A DNA stretch of 56,610 nt from a bacterium (GCA_013152035.1 JAADHB010000026.1:1-56610); one strand, 5' to 3'. Positions 7,082 through 16,271 are shown, counted from the stretch's first letter. The notes: generated by a model from the sequence alone, not told the origin. Made by a program: numbers and translations.

Positions 7082-8338
7082 TTAGTAATTAGCAATTTCC
7101 TCAAGCAGTTCTTTTTTGTCCGCCATTTTGACTTCGCCGGTCTTTCTGTTTTTCAGCTCCAGTTTTCCCGCCGCCGCCGTTTTCGCGCTCGCGACCACCC
7201 GCCATGGGATGCCGATTAAGTCCGAATCGGCGAATTTTTCTCCGGCGGAGGCGCCCTCCCTGTCATCATACAATACCTCCATTCCGGCGTTTTGTAAATC
7301 GGCGTAAACGCCGTCCGCTTGGCTCATTACTTCCGAATCGCCGCCCAACCTGAGTAAATGAACCCCGAACGGAGCCACGCTCTCCGGCCAAACAATCCCT
7401 TTTTCATCCGAAAAAATCTCCACTATCGCGCCCATCAGCCGTCCCGGACCTATTCCGTAACTGCCCATAACGACGGGGTTTTTTTCGCCGTTTTCATCCG
7501 TGTAGTCAAGATTAAACGCTTCCGAAAACCTAGTCCCCAAACTGAAAATGTTCCCGACTTCAATCGCCTTCTCCTCTTTCAGCTCCTCTTTTTTCAAGCC
7601 GAGATCTTCAAGCGTCTTGTCGTCGTAAACCTCCTTGTTGACCGCGATTTTTTTCTCTTCGGAAACGAAAATAATATCCTCGCCCGCCTCGCATATCGTC
7701 TGAAATTCATGGGAATACTTGCTGAAACTCCCGCCCGAGGCGAAAGTAATGTAGGTCATATCCCCCAAACCGACGGAAGCGAAAATTTTTCCGTACGCCC
7801 CTTTCGCCTTTTCGTAAAAAGAATTATGCTCGTTTTCGTCCTTTGAAAACGAATACAAATCTTTCATCAAAAATTCGCGCCCGCGCATAATTCCGCTTTT
7901 CGCCCGAATTTCGTTCCTGAATTTCGTTTGGATTTGATAAGGATAAGCGGGTAGGTCGCGGAAAGAGCTGATGTGCTCTTTCATTAATTTCGTGAGCGGC
8001 TCCTCGTGGGTGAATCCCAAACCGAGTTCGGAGCCGTTTTTCAGTTTTGTTTTGAACCAGTTGTCCACCACCGAATCGTCCCACCTGTTCGTTTTTTCCC
8101 AAACGGACTTGTCCTGGAGCGCGGTTAAAAACAGCTCTTGCCCGCCGATGGCGTCCATTTCTCTCCTTATGATATTGTTTATTTTTTTCAGAACGCGGAG
8201 TCCGAGCGGAAGATATGAATAAACGCCCGCCATTTCCTTGTGGACAAAACCGGCGCGAATGAGCAGTTTCGCGTTTTTCGCCACCTCGTCCTTGGGCGCC
8301 TCTTTTCTCGTTTTCGTGAATAATTCGGACTGCCGCAT
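7082..8338 (-). CDS. proS: Prolyl-tRNA synthetase (short form without a full INS editing domain)
   Basis: Start moved to the ATG at 8338 (MRQSELFTKTRKEAPKDE...), which aligns with ProRS N-termini. Class II motifs present. About 418 aa. Confidence 0.9.
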   Translation of the reverse strand: MRQSELFTKTRKEAPKDEVAKNAKLLIRAGFVHKEMAGVYSYLPLGLRVLKKINNIIRREMDAIGGQELFLTALQDKSVWEKTNRWDDSVVDNWFKTKLKNGSELGLGFTHEEPLTKLMKEHISSFRDLPAYPYQIQTKFRNEIRAKSGIMRGREFLMKDLYSFSKDENEHNSFYEKAKGAYGKIFASVGLGDMTYITFASGGSFSKYSHEFQTICEAGEDIIFVSEEKKIAVNKEVYDDKTLEDLGLKKEELKEEKAIEVGNIFSLGTRFSEAFNLDYTDENGEKNPVVMGSYGIGPGRLMGAIVEIFSDEKGIVWPESVAPFGVHLLRLGGDSEVMSQADGVYADLQNAGMEVLYDDREGASAGEKFADSDLIGIPWRVVASAKTAAAGKLELKNRKTGEVKMADKKELLEEIANY

Positions 8339-8351
8339 AATAAATATGTTC

Positions 8352-8380
8352 ATATTATCCCAAAAAACGCTCCGAGTCAA
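8352..8380 (-). promoter_or_regulatory. Sigma70-like promoter of proS
   Basis: Minus strand: TTGACT (8380..8375), 17-nt spacer, TAATAT (8357..8352), 13 nt before the ATG. Confidence 0.5.
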
Positions 8381-8526
8381 AAAAAGGCGCCATTGATAAA
8401 CAATGCCACCTTTACTGTCTTTACTTAATTTTACTGTCGCGATGTTATCCAACATCGCGAAAAAGTCTTTGCTGCTTATAAAACAGCTTTTTTCTCCTTT
8501 CTTATTTTATTTGGTGGTGTGAATTC

Positions 8527-9300
8527 TCAAACCTTCCTTGAAAGAATGTCTCCTAATTGCTTCACCAACTCGCGCTCCTTCTTGAGCGCGAGTTTGAGAT
8601 TGCGCCTCTCTCTTAACAACGACGCAATCTCTTCGTTTCTCTCTTTAATTTTTTCACTCTCCTTCTTTGTAAGCGCGAGTTTCAACTCGCGCTCGTCCGC
8701 GACGAGCTCTCCCACTTCCTTCCTGAGAAGAAAGGTGGAGAGCCCAAGGAGAATAATTATGAAGATCGCAATAATCGCCGCGATCGCCTCCTTTGCTCTT
8801 CTGTTATAGAGGGTGTCAATTGAGTCTATCCTCACCTTCGCCAGGATTGAATTAAGCCTGGCGTTCTCGGCGGAGAGGGCGCCTAGCCTTTTGTTTGCAT
8901 TCTCAACTTTCCGCAATGGATCACGGAAAGTTGGTCTCAATAATTCCGAGGGAATGAAAATCTCATCCCCGGGATATATCAAGTCCGCTTCCTCCACAGA
9001 AATCCTGTTTGCCTTTACTAGCGCAAACAGGGAACCGACTCCCTTTTTGCAGAATTTCTGGGCGATACCTGAGTAGGTGTCGCCCGGTAAAACGGTTACC
9101 GTTGTCCCGGGTGGGACGACCCCCAGCTCCGCCCTAATGTCGGCGACTGGGGTTCCAAGTTCCGCCTGGATGGCGGAGACTGGTGTCCCGGTGATCTCTG
9201 CCCTGGATGGGACCGCTAGGCAGAGGATAACAAAAGCCAAGATAAACAAAACTGCAAAAATAATCTTGATCATTTCAAAAACATCCCGTTTTTTCTCCAT
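8527..9300 (-). CDS. LysM-domain membrane protein with coiled coils
   Basis: 257 aa. AAGGAGG SD, N-terminal TM, LysM motif (VLPGDTYSGIAQKF...IYPGDEIFIP), a second TM and K/E-rich coiled coils. Confidence 0.75.
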   Translation of the reverse strand: MEKKRDVFEMIKIIFAVLFILAFVILCLAVPSRAEITGTPVSAIQAELGTPVADIRAELGVVPPGTTVTVLPGDTYSGIAQKFCKKGVGSLFALVKANRISVEEADLIYPGDEIFIPSELLRPTFRDPLRKVENANKRLGALSAENARLNSILAKVRIDSIDTLYNRRAKEAIAAIIAIFIIILLGLSTFLLRKEVGELVADERELKLALTKKESEKIKERNEEIASLLRERRNLKLALKKERELVKQLGDILSRKV

Positions 9301-9319
9301 TTTTCTTTCCTCCTTTTCT

Positions 9320-10576
9320 TTACTTTTCTTTCCATTCTTTCACCAACGCCGAGGGCGTTGGTACAATCTCAATTCTCGCTTTTTTCGCGAGTTTTAGGGT
9401 TTTTTGCAAATACTGTTTCCTTTTGCCGGAAACTCTTTTGGATTTCTCCAAAGAGATCACGGCAAGTGCCTCATAAGCATCCCTCCTGAGTTTTTCCGGC
9501 GGTCCGTCTCGGAGCGCCTGAGAGAAATTCAAAAATGCCAAATCTAAAGCGATATTTTTCTCGCTCTCATTCTGACTAACCACAAACAGGGTTAAATAAT
9601 TCCTCCCCTGTTTGTTTCTTAATTCAGCGTTCGCTGGCGAGGCAAATGGACAGGCAAGCAACTTTTGATTTTGCTTGCCAATCTCCTCCCTTATTTTCTC
9701 CAATTCCGTTTTCTCCTTTTTTTCCGGAATTGGTTTAAGGTTGGGCTTTGCAATTTCCAGTTTGGAAACCTTTTGGGCTTTTTTCGGCGCGAACTGCTTA
9801 TTCGCCGCCGCCCAAAAATTATCCGGATCCAGGATTTTTACAAACGCCACCGTCATAGACGGCAGCGTCTGGATTTCGCCCGACCCGGACGAGAATCCGC
9901 CGCCCGGGGAGATATTAGCCCCCCACGGGGTTGAGGCAAAAATCTGGGCGAAGGCGCCAAACAAAGAAAAGGCGCCTGCCTTGTTTTTGAATACATAGTT
10001 GGAGCTTTCATTGATCGGGATGATCAAATCAGCTCCAATATCCATTCCCTTTTGCGAAAGCAGCATGGCAAAGTCCCACTTACTCGGGATTTTGTCCTGC
10101 GCTCCGAGTGACAACACCGCCACCCTGGCGTAATCCCTTCCCTCCGTTAATCCCGGAGGAATTCCAGGGAAAGGAGTGATTTCGGCAGTAGGCGGAAATC
10201 TCTGAAAGACAACCGGGGTGCTTTTTATAGCATCCCCCATTTCCTTCAGAAAGTCCTCGCCTTTCTCGGCAACAACTCCCCCTCGGTAATTCCTAATGAT
10301 CTCCCTCGTAATAACCGAGGGAAGATTGGAAAAAATTACAGAGTTGGGCGTTTCCTTCCGGTACTGCGCCGGCGGAAATTCCGGCGCATTCGGGAACTGT
10401 CCATATGGGAAATTCCCTATGGAACTGATGCTGATGTTATTTTTTTGATTATTGTTAAAAATAACACCCTGAGATAAATTCGTATTCGTTTCGCTGGTGA
10501 CGGTTGTGTCACCGGCGAGAACGAGTCCCGGCGCCAATAAAAGCGCTACTAAGACAAAAAACCAAAGAAATTTCAT
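9320..10576 (-). CDS. Secreted hypothetical protein
   Basis: 418 aa. GGAGGAGG SD. Signal peptide MKFLWFFVLVALLLAPGLVLA. No family recognised. Confidence 0.7.
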   Translation of the reverse strand: MKFLWFFVLVALLLAPGLVLAGDTTVTSETNTNLSQGVIFNNNQKNNISISSIGNFPYGQFPNAPEFPPAQYRKETPNSVIFSNLPSVITREIIRNYRGGVVAEKGEDFLKEMGDAIKSTPVVFQRFPPTAEITPFPGIPPGLTEGRDYARVAVLSLGAQDKIPSKWDFAMLLSQKGMDIGADLIIPINESSNYVFKNKAGAFSLFGAFAQIFASTPWGANISPGGGFSSGSGEIQTLPSMTVAFVKILDPDNFWAAANKQFAPKKAQKVSKLEIAKPNLKPIPEKKEKTELEKIREEIGKQNQKLLACPFASPANAELRNKQGRNYLTLFVVSQNESEKNIALDLAFLNFSQALRDGPPEKLRRDAYEALAVISLEKSKRVSGKRKQYLQKTLKLAKKARIEIVPTPSALVKEWKEK

Positions 10577-10577
10577 C

Positions 10578-10658
10578 CTAACCTCCTCCTTTTTTAAACC
10601 TCGCGAACAAGAAAACCGCGAGGAAAACTGTTAAGACTAAAAAACAGGAAAAACTCAT
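10578..10658 (-). CDS. Candidate 26-aa hydrophobic micropeptide
   Basis: AGAGGAG SD 5 nt upstream of the ATG at 10658. Sequence: MSFSCFLVLTVFLAVFLFARFKKGGG. Its stop codon abuts the SD of the next gene. Confidence 0.3.
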   Translation of the reverse strand: MSFSCFLVLTVFLAVFLFARFKKGGG

Positions 10659-10723
10659 CTGATCTCCTCTTTTGACTCTTTTTGTACCCCCGGAAGCGAG
10701 TAAGTCGCTTCCGGGGAGTTGGT

Positions 10724-11089
10724 TTAATTGTCGCCCGCGCCTCCAATTCCGGACTGCAAACTGTTCCTCAAAAAACTCCCTGAGGACTGATATGCGGTCC
10801 CTCCAGAAATTTCCCAGCTTTGGGACGAACCCTGCCCCAGGAAAGTTTCCCCGGAAAATTCTCCGGATCCGCTGGACCATAAGTGGTTCTCCTGTCCCCC
10901 ACCAGAAACGGAGAGGAACGAATTTCCATCAACAGCAAAACCTCCCAGTTGCCATTGGGAGTAGTCAGACCCCCCGTCGGCAAAGGTAAGACTGCAATTA
11001 GTGCAATCTGGGGACATGGCTTGCGCCGCCCCCATTGAGACAAAAAACATTGCAACTACAAAAAAAACTGCCAATGCAAAAAACTTCAT
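10724..11089 (-). CDS. Small secreted Gly/Ser/Gln-rich protein
   Basis: Start set at ATG 11089 (MKFFALAVFFVVAMFFVSMGAAQA), with a GGAGG SD upstream. The mature part is G/S/Q-rich. Confidence 0.6.
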   Translation of the reverse strand: MKFFALAVFFVVAMFFVSMGAAQAMSPDCTNCSLTFADGGSDYSQWQLGGFAVDGNSFLSVSGGGQENHLWSSGSGEFSGETFLGQGSSQSWEISGGTAYQSSGSFLRNSLQSGIGGAGDN

Positions 11090-11182
11090 CCTACACCTCC
11101 AAATAAAACAAGATAGATTATCAAAGAGCCAAGCTCCGCGTGTATTCATAGCACAAAAAGAGTAGTTGTGTCAATGGCAAAT

Positions 11183-12523
11183 TTATTTTCTTTTTTTGTC
11201 TTTAGTTGCCCGGCGAATTGCGATAATTATGATAACCAACAGGATCAAGAGCAGCCAATTGAAAGCTTTGCCCCATCCTCCGGAAAGTCCGAGGAATGCC
11301 GCCGCGGCGCCCAAAAGTCCGTCCGCTCCACCCGTCTTCGGCTCTCCACCCCCGCTTTCCACATCCTTATTATTATTTTCAGTATTTAAATTTTCCCCGC
11401 CGCCCCCGTTCGCCTCCCCACCCCCGAGAGTTTCTCCGCCCCCCTCGCTTTTTCCGAACGAGTTGTCCGAAGTTTTCGTTCCGTAAGCCAACGCTCCACC
11501 CCCGCTGTTTCCTCCATCCCCGTTCTCCGCTCCACCCTGTTCACCCGCTCCGCCGTTTCCGCCCGAAAACTCCTCCGCCGGCGGGGCGGTGTTTATTATA
11601 AAAGTTTTTTCGTAGCTTATCGTCGGGGGGCTCGCGCGCGAAATAACCCGATATTTGTAAAGCGTATCCGGCGCGAGTCCGGTGAGCGTAACCGAGTGCC
11701 GGGTCACTTTTATTCTGTCTTCGCTCGTTCCGTTCGGATACCCGAAATACGGCGATGTCGCCAGACTGAGCTGGTACGGCCCCTCCGAGGCGATTCCGTA
11801 AATCACTTGGCTTGTTGACAAAATGTTCGTGTCCCAAGTGATGACCGCCGTTCCGAGGGGAGTCGCCGGAGTCGCCGTTTCATTGGCGATTTTCAAATGC
11901 TCAAAAGGTTCAACGGGGCCGTTCGCTCCGCCTCCACCGCCTCCGCCCGTTCCGGGAACGGTTTCTCCCGTTCCGTCCGTTCCGCCGTTATCTCCGCCGC
12001 CCTCGCCTTCTCCGCCTATCTCCGTGTCTCCGCAGCTGGTGTTTCCTCCCTCAAATCCGACGCACAAATCAAAGCCGATCTCACCGTTTTGCGTGGAATC
12101 GTCCGCGTCGGCGCCAAAGGAAACAATAAACGAGTAAACCTCCGTGGCTCCCGCCGGCAACACGGAAAGTTTAACTTCTCCGGCGCGCAGAAAATCTCCG
12201 AGCGTTTTTCCGGAACCGTAAATCTCGCCCGAATCGCCGGAGATGACAAGCTTCAGCGCCTCGCCCAGCCCGCTATCGTCCGACGCGTTTATCGCCTCCG
12301 TGATGACCTGTTGGCTCTCTTCGGAATTGTTCGTAACGGTAACGGTTTTCGTTACTCCGTCTCCGGGAATAATATCCGCCTCGCTGAACAGCGGGTTTGT
12401 TTCAAAGACGACGGCAAGGGGCGGCGTCTCCGACACCGCCAGCGCGGAAGCGATCGGCGCGCCCCACAAAAGAACGGCAAGCAGTAAAATTGTTTTATTG
12501 ATTTTCATTTTCATTATTTTCAT
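11183..12523 (-). CDS. Surface protein: TasA/camelysin-like N-domain, Gly-rich linkers, Fn3-like domain, C-terminal sorting-signal-like anchor
   Basis: Signal peptide MKI(M)KMKINKTILLLAVLLWGAPIASALA. TasA-like motif LFSEADIIPGDGVTKTVTVTNNS. Fn3-like segment ending LYKYRVIS. C-terminus is EPKTGG, then a hydrophobic stretch, then RRATKDKKRK. The start could be 12508, 12514 or 12523. Confidence 0.7.
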   Translation of the reverse strand: MKIMKMKINKTILLLAVLLWGAPIASALAVSETPPLAVVFETNPLFSEADIIPGDGVTKTVTVTNNSEESQQVITEAINASDDSGLGEALKLVISGDSGEIYGSGKTLGDFLRAGEVKLSVLPAGATEVYSFIVSFGADADDSTQNGEIGFDLCVGFEGGNTSCGDTEIGGEGEGGGDNGGTDGTGETVPGTGGGGGGGANGPVEPFEHLKIANETATPATPLGTAVITWDTNILSTSQVIYGIASEGPYQLSLATSPYFGYPNGTSEDRIKVTRHSVTLTGLAPDTLYKYRVISRASPPTISYEKTFIINTAPPAEEFSGGNGGAGEQGGAENGDGGNSGGGALAYGTKTSDNSFGKSEGGGETLGGGEANGGGGENLNTENNNKDVESGGGEPKTGGADGLLGAAAAFLGLSGGWGKAFNWLLLILLVIIIIAIRRATKDKKRK

Positions 12524-14549
12524 CTTCGTTATTATCGCCGCCATCCGGACTGTTCCCCTCACCGCCGGAAGCTAATACAACTTCTTCGTTAACTTCCCGG
12601 GTAATCGCCCCGTTCGCCGCCGCCTGCTCCCCGATACTTGCTTCAGCTTGGTCGGAATTTTCTTGCTGTTCCTCGCTCTCCGCCGCCGCCAAGGCGGAAA
12701 CAATCTCCTTCATCCCGGGCGTTGAACTCGCCGCCGGGGGCGCCAAAACTGTTTCCGGTTCAATAACGATTGTCGGAGGGGTGGTGGTCGCCGCTTCAGG
12801 AGTCGTGGTGGCGAAAAACGGAATTTCCGGGATGGCGGAGCCGATGATTACAATTTTTGGCGTGGTGGTCGCCGGGGTGGAGCTCGCCGAGAATGCCGCC
12901 GGAAATTTCGGAGTGGAGGTGGCGGGAGTGGTGGACGCGGAAACCGCGAACGCCGAGGTTGAAGCCGTTGAGAACGCGGCGTTCACCGAAAACTCAATAA
13001 CCGGAAGGGTCGTGAGGGTCGTGGTCGCCGCCGTTGAGGTGGCGGCAGCCGTTTTAATTTCAATCGCCGGAATGGCCGTGGTCGCCCTTTTCGGCGTGGT
13101 GGTGGCGATTCCGGTCGCGGTGGTCGTGGCGGCTGCCGCCCCGCCTCCGCCGCCGGAATTTTCATCCGAAACAAAGATTGGATTCGGGTCCCAAATGTCG
13201 CCGCTCACCGTCGTGCTGTTAAGCAGCGGATTTTCCGGTCCGGTGGCGGTAAGCTCTATCCAAATGTATCCGGTAAACCCGCTCGGGAGCTTCCACCACT
13301 CCGAGCCGTCGTTCGCCGTCCCCATCACGATATTATGCTTCGTGTCGCCGCCGCTTATTTCGCCATCCCCGTTCACATCCTTTATGTAATACAGGTCAAT
13401 CGCCAAATCCGCGTCGTCGCCGTTCGGGTTCACCGCGGTCCACTGTATTTCATAATTATGATTCCAATACCATGAGTAGCTTTCGTCTTCGTCCGGATAT
13501 ATCAAGTCAACTTCCGGCGGAACAAGCTCTTTCCAGTCGCTCGCTTGGTCGGTGTCGTATCCGTTCGGAACGCGCGCCAGCACATCCCCCTTCGTTACGC
13601 CGGGCACTCCCGGATCCCAAACATTCGTATCCGACTGCCAGTTCATTTCGTCAATGACAACTCCGTCAGGGCGTTTGAGAAAAAGAGCGTCTCCCTCGTT
13701 CGCCAGTCCGTTACCTATTTTGCCGTCAGGAAGAATAATTTTAACAACCTCGCTCGGAACATACCAATACCCCCAAGTCGTGCTTGAGGCGGTGATAACC
13801 CCATACCCCATGGCGGGAATCGGGTCGGAGGCCGGAATAACATCGCATGAATCGCTGTCGCAGATGCTCCAGCCGGAAATGTCCAGTGGAACGCTCGTTT
13901 GGTTGAAAATCTCCACCCACTCGTTATCGCCCTCAACGCCCCGATCCGGAGCGACATCGTAATACACTTTATTTAATCTAAGCCCCCACGAGGAAATCGC
14001 GCTTGAAACTTTTTCCGTGTCGGAAAATCCTCCGTTTTCGTAGGTGGGGTAATTGTGCCTCGTCTGCCAACCGTTATACACGACATCAAAATCGCACACC
14101 TTGTTTTGAAAATTATTCGTTCCCATGCCGATTTCAAAATCCCAGGAATCAAGCGTGGTGGTCGCGCCCGTCAAAAGCCCCTTCAAGCTTCCGGAATACA
14201 TTGACGAGCTCGCTGTTCGCGCGTCAACATTCAAAGCATCGCAGAAATCACCATCGCCGCTGAAATTGGTCGTTGAGGCGTAATACCTGAACGGATTGGA
14301 ATTGTTTTCCGGAAGGATGTCAATGTTTTTCACCGTCGCGTCTCCCGGCTCCAAACTTATGGACGGTTCAATCGGGTTGAAGCCGTTGTCCTTGAGCGAG
14401 AAATCAATCACTCCCGCCTGCATTAAATTCGCTCCGGCGCTTTCGGTGTCGTTGTAAAAAGCGAGTGTCTCGCCAATCGCCAAAATTCCGGAATAATTAA
14501 TTCCGACTATCAACAGGAAAACGATAAATTTTAAGCTAAACTGTTTCAT
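12495..14549 (-). CDS. TasA-like (SipW-type signal) protein fused to a lamin-tail domain, a beta-sandwich domain, a Thr/Ala-rich linker and an acidic tail
   Basis: 684 aa. N-terminus has GETLAFYNDTESAGANLMQAGVIDFSL (SipW-cognate pattern). LTD motif NEWVEIFN...GWSI.D...GDALFLKRPDG. EF-hand/dockerin-like loop DVNGDGEISGGD. Long ATTTP-type low-complexity stretch. D/E/N tail. Confidence 0.75.
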   Translation of the reverse strand: MKQFSLKFIVFLLIVGINYSGILAIGETLAFYNDTESAGANLMQAGVIDFSLKDNGFNPIEPSISLEPGDATVKNIDILPENNSNPFRYYASTTNFSGDGDFCDALNVDARTASSSMYSGSLKGLLTGATTTLDSWDFEIGMGTNNFQNKVCDFDVVYNGWQTRHNYPTYENGGFSDTEKVSSAISSWGLRLNKVYYDVAPDRGVEGDNEWVEIFNQTSVPLDISGWSICDSDSCDVIPASDPIPAMGYGVITASSTTWGYWYVPSEVVKIILPDGKIGNGLANEGDALFLKRPDGVVIDEMNWQSDTNVWDPGVPGVTKGDVLARVPNGYDTDQASDWKELVPPEVDLIYPDEDESYSWYWNHNYEIQWTAVNPNGDDADLAIDLYYIKDVNGDGEISGGDTKHNIVMGTANDGSEWWKLPSGFTGYIWIELTATGPENPLLNSTTVSGDIWDPNPIFVSDENSGGGGGAAAATTTATGIATTTPKRATTAIPAIEIKTAAATSTAATTTLTTLPVIEFSVNAAFSTASTSAFAVSASTTPATSTPKFPAAFSASSTPATTTPKIVIIGSAIPEIPFFATTTPEAATTTPPTIVIEPETVLAPPAASSTPGMKEIVSALAAAESEEQQENSDQAEASIGEQAAANGAITREVNEEVVLASGGEGNSPDGGDNNEDENNENENQ

Positions 14550-15063
14550 TTTTCTTTTTTTCCCTCAACCTCTTCACCTCTTTCCATATTTTCTTGACCT
14601 CGTCGCCGGCGACGGCGAGCGCGGGGACTATTATTATGAGCAGAAATCCAATCGGCTTTTTGGCGAACTCAAGCAGATAACCGAGAAACGGGATGGTGAA
14701 AACTTCCTTGCCTACGATTTCCTTTTCGCGAACCTCTTTCGTGTCCGGGCTTTTGTTGGCGTCCCCTTTCGTTTTGTAAAGCATCTTCCCCTCAACGGCG
14801 CGCGCTTCAATAATCCTGTGCGTCGTCGGAATGTCTTTTTTTGTGTCTTTGCCGAATGTGATGATGTCGCCGATTTTGTAATTGTCCGACGGCTTTATCA
14901 CGACCACGCTCCCCGTTTTTATCGCCGGCTCCATGGACCCCGAAAGCACTATTTTCACCTCGTAATTTCCGGGAATTGGAAAAACAGAAACAGCCAAGAG
15001 GATCGCGACCGAAGCGATTCCGGCAATTAAAATGTAATATGCGGTTTTAAATAATCTATTCAT
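14536..15063 (-). CDS. sipW: Signal peptidase I, archaeal/ER type (SipW-like, S26B)
   Basis: 175 aa. Motifs SGSMEP (catalytic Ser), TTHRI (His) and KGDAN. N- and C-terminal TM helices. Confidence 0.85.
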   Translation of the reverse strand: MNRLFKTAYYILIAGIASVAILLAVSVFPIPGNYEVKIVLSGSMEPAIKTGSVVVIKPSDNYKIGDIITFGKDTKKDIPTTHRIIEARAVEGKMLYKTKGDANKSPDTKEVREKEIVGKEVFTIPFLGYLLEFAKKPIGFLLIIIVPALAVAGDEVKKIWKEVKRLREKKKNETV

Positions 15064-15158
15064 AAAGTCTTTACAACCCCGTCCTGCGTGTCACAAGCGC
15101 GCGGAACAAGGCTAAAAAACTTCAGACTTGCTTAACTTTAATGATTATTTTCTTGTGC

Positions 15159-16271
15159 TTAGTCGCTCTCCCTGTTTGTCAACCTACATGTCAGATTGTC
15201 TCCCGCTTCAAGCGTAATGCTTCCATCACCCTCGCAGTCCAACCCGAATTCTCCGGTAAATCCAAAACCGGTGCTCCCATTATACGTTTCGGAAACGGTG
15301 TAAACACCGGGTGTGAGACCGGATACCGGAACTTCGTCCGTTACGGTTTGACTAACGCTGTCACCGTCGGCCGGTCCGGTGAGAGTAAGCGTAAAATCGC
15401 TTATTGACACCGGTCTGTCATCGGTGGAGAAAATAATCTCCTTGTCAACCGTAATCGTTCCCGTCGTCGGCACGGTTTCCGGCTTACAGACAAAGCCCTC
15501 GTTGTGTCGCGACTGAATGGCTCGGAAACTGACATCCCCCGTCACACTGTCCGTTTGCGTTGAGTTATCCTCTCCGGCGCCATCGCAAGTAAATCCTGGA
15601 TTTACAGTTGGATCATTCTCGTCGCTCTGCGCTACGGGAGTAAGTGCCAGCTTTCCAAAACACCACGCCTTCCCGATATAGAGGGTGGAATCGCCCGGAA
15701 GCGGACCACCGGCGCTATTGGCATTCCAGATATTTGTTTCCGAATCGGCGAGAGGAGCCGTTATCGTCTGCCCCAAACTGAGATCGCCGAGCGCTCCCTG
15801 GTTTATAACGGTCTCGTCGTTCTCAAGAACATTGTCGCCGTCGTCAGCCCACCAGATGAAGTGAATACTGTCCGCCAGTTCACCCCTTCCAGCCGTCCAT
15901 GACGGCTCGTCGTTCAGTTCCGGCTCCGTTGAGCCGTTGTCCTGGTTGCTCGTAAGTGTTACATCGGCGCAAAGATACGCGTCGTTGTTTTTGACATGAA
16001 GCGAAATCGTGTCCTCGCCCCAGTCTCCGGGCTTCAAGTCCCTAAAGTTAAAGAACCAGTCGCCGTCCGTGAGGTCCTTTTCGGACCATGTTGTCCCGCT
16101 ATTTAACACTCCGTTGTAGTAGCTGTCGTTGTCAATTTTCAGGTCAATCGCGCCCGCCGTAAAGGTATTTCCCGTTGACACTTCCGTGTCGGAGAAAATG
16201 GCGGTGGTTGCCCCTATAAGGACAGCGCCAACCACTCCAAGGGTGGCAATGCTTAATAATATTTTTTTCAT
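15159..16271 (-). CDS. TasA/camelysin-family secreted protein with an extra C-terminal Ig-like (prealbumin/Cna-B-like) domain
   Basis: 370 aa. MKKILLSIATLGVVGAVLIGATTAIFSDTEVSTGNTFTAGAIDLKID resembles the TasA N-terminus (GGTWAAFND...FASGTLDL). Also FNFRDLKPGDWGEDTISL. The C-terminus has GVYTVSE. Confidence 0.8.
   Translation of the reverse strand: MKKILLSIATLGVVGAVLIGATTAIFSDTEVSTGNTFTAGAIDLKIDNDSYYNGVLNSGTTWSEKDLTDGDWFFNFRDLKPGDWGEDTISLHVKNNDAYLCADVTLTSNQDNGSTEPELNDEPSWTAGRGELADSIHFIWWADDGDNVLENDETVINQGALGDLSLGQTITAPLADSETNIWNANSAGGPLPGDSTLYIGKAWCFGKLALTPVAQSDENDPTVNPGFTCDGAGEDNSTQTDSVTGDVSFRAIQSRHNEGFVCKPETVPTTGTITVDKEIIFSTDDRPVSISDFTLTLTGPADGDSVSQTVTDEVPVSGLTPGVYTVSETYNGSTGFGFTGEFGLDCEGDGSITLEAGDNLTCRLTNRESD

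Noticed and set aside
8339-8455. 5' extensions of tracked ORFs (proS to 8455, GW-repeat protein to 23550, rpiB to 27275, gap to 28771, mraY to 35034, dac to 36070, 46852 gene to 47385, dnaJ to 48493, rplM to 52923, rpoA to 54341, mreD to 4960)
   Set aside because: The extensions do not align with the family N-termini, and they overlap upstream genes, promoters or hairpins. Internal ATGs give canonical N-termini (for example [35 protein letters not shown]).
10578-11149. Overlapping ORFs 10578..10880(-), 10672..10989(+), 10768..11055(-) and the 141-aa version of 10724..11149
   Set aside because: They are mutually exclusive. Only 10724..11089 has an SD and a signal peptide. From 10578..10880 only the last 26 codons (with their own SD) are kept, as a low-confidence micropeptide.
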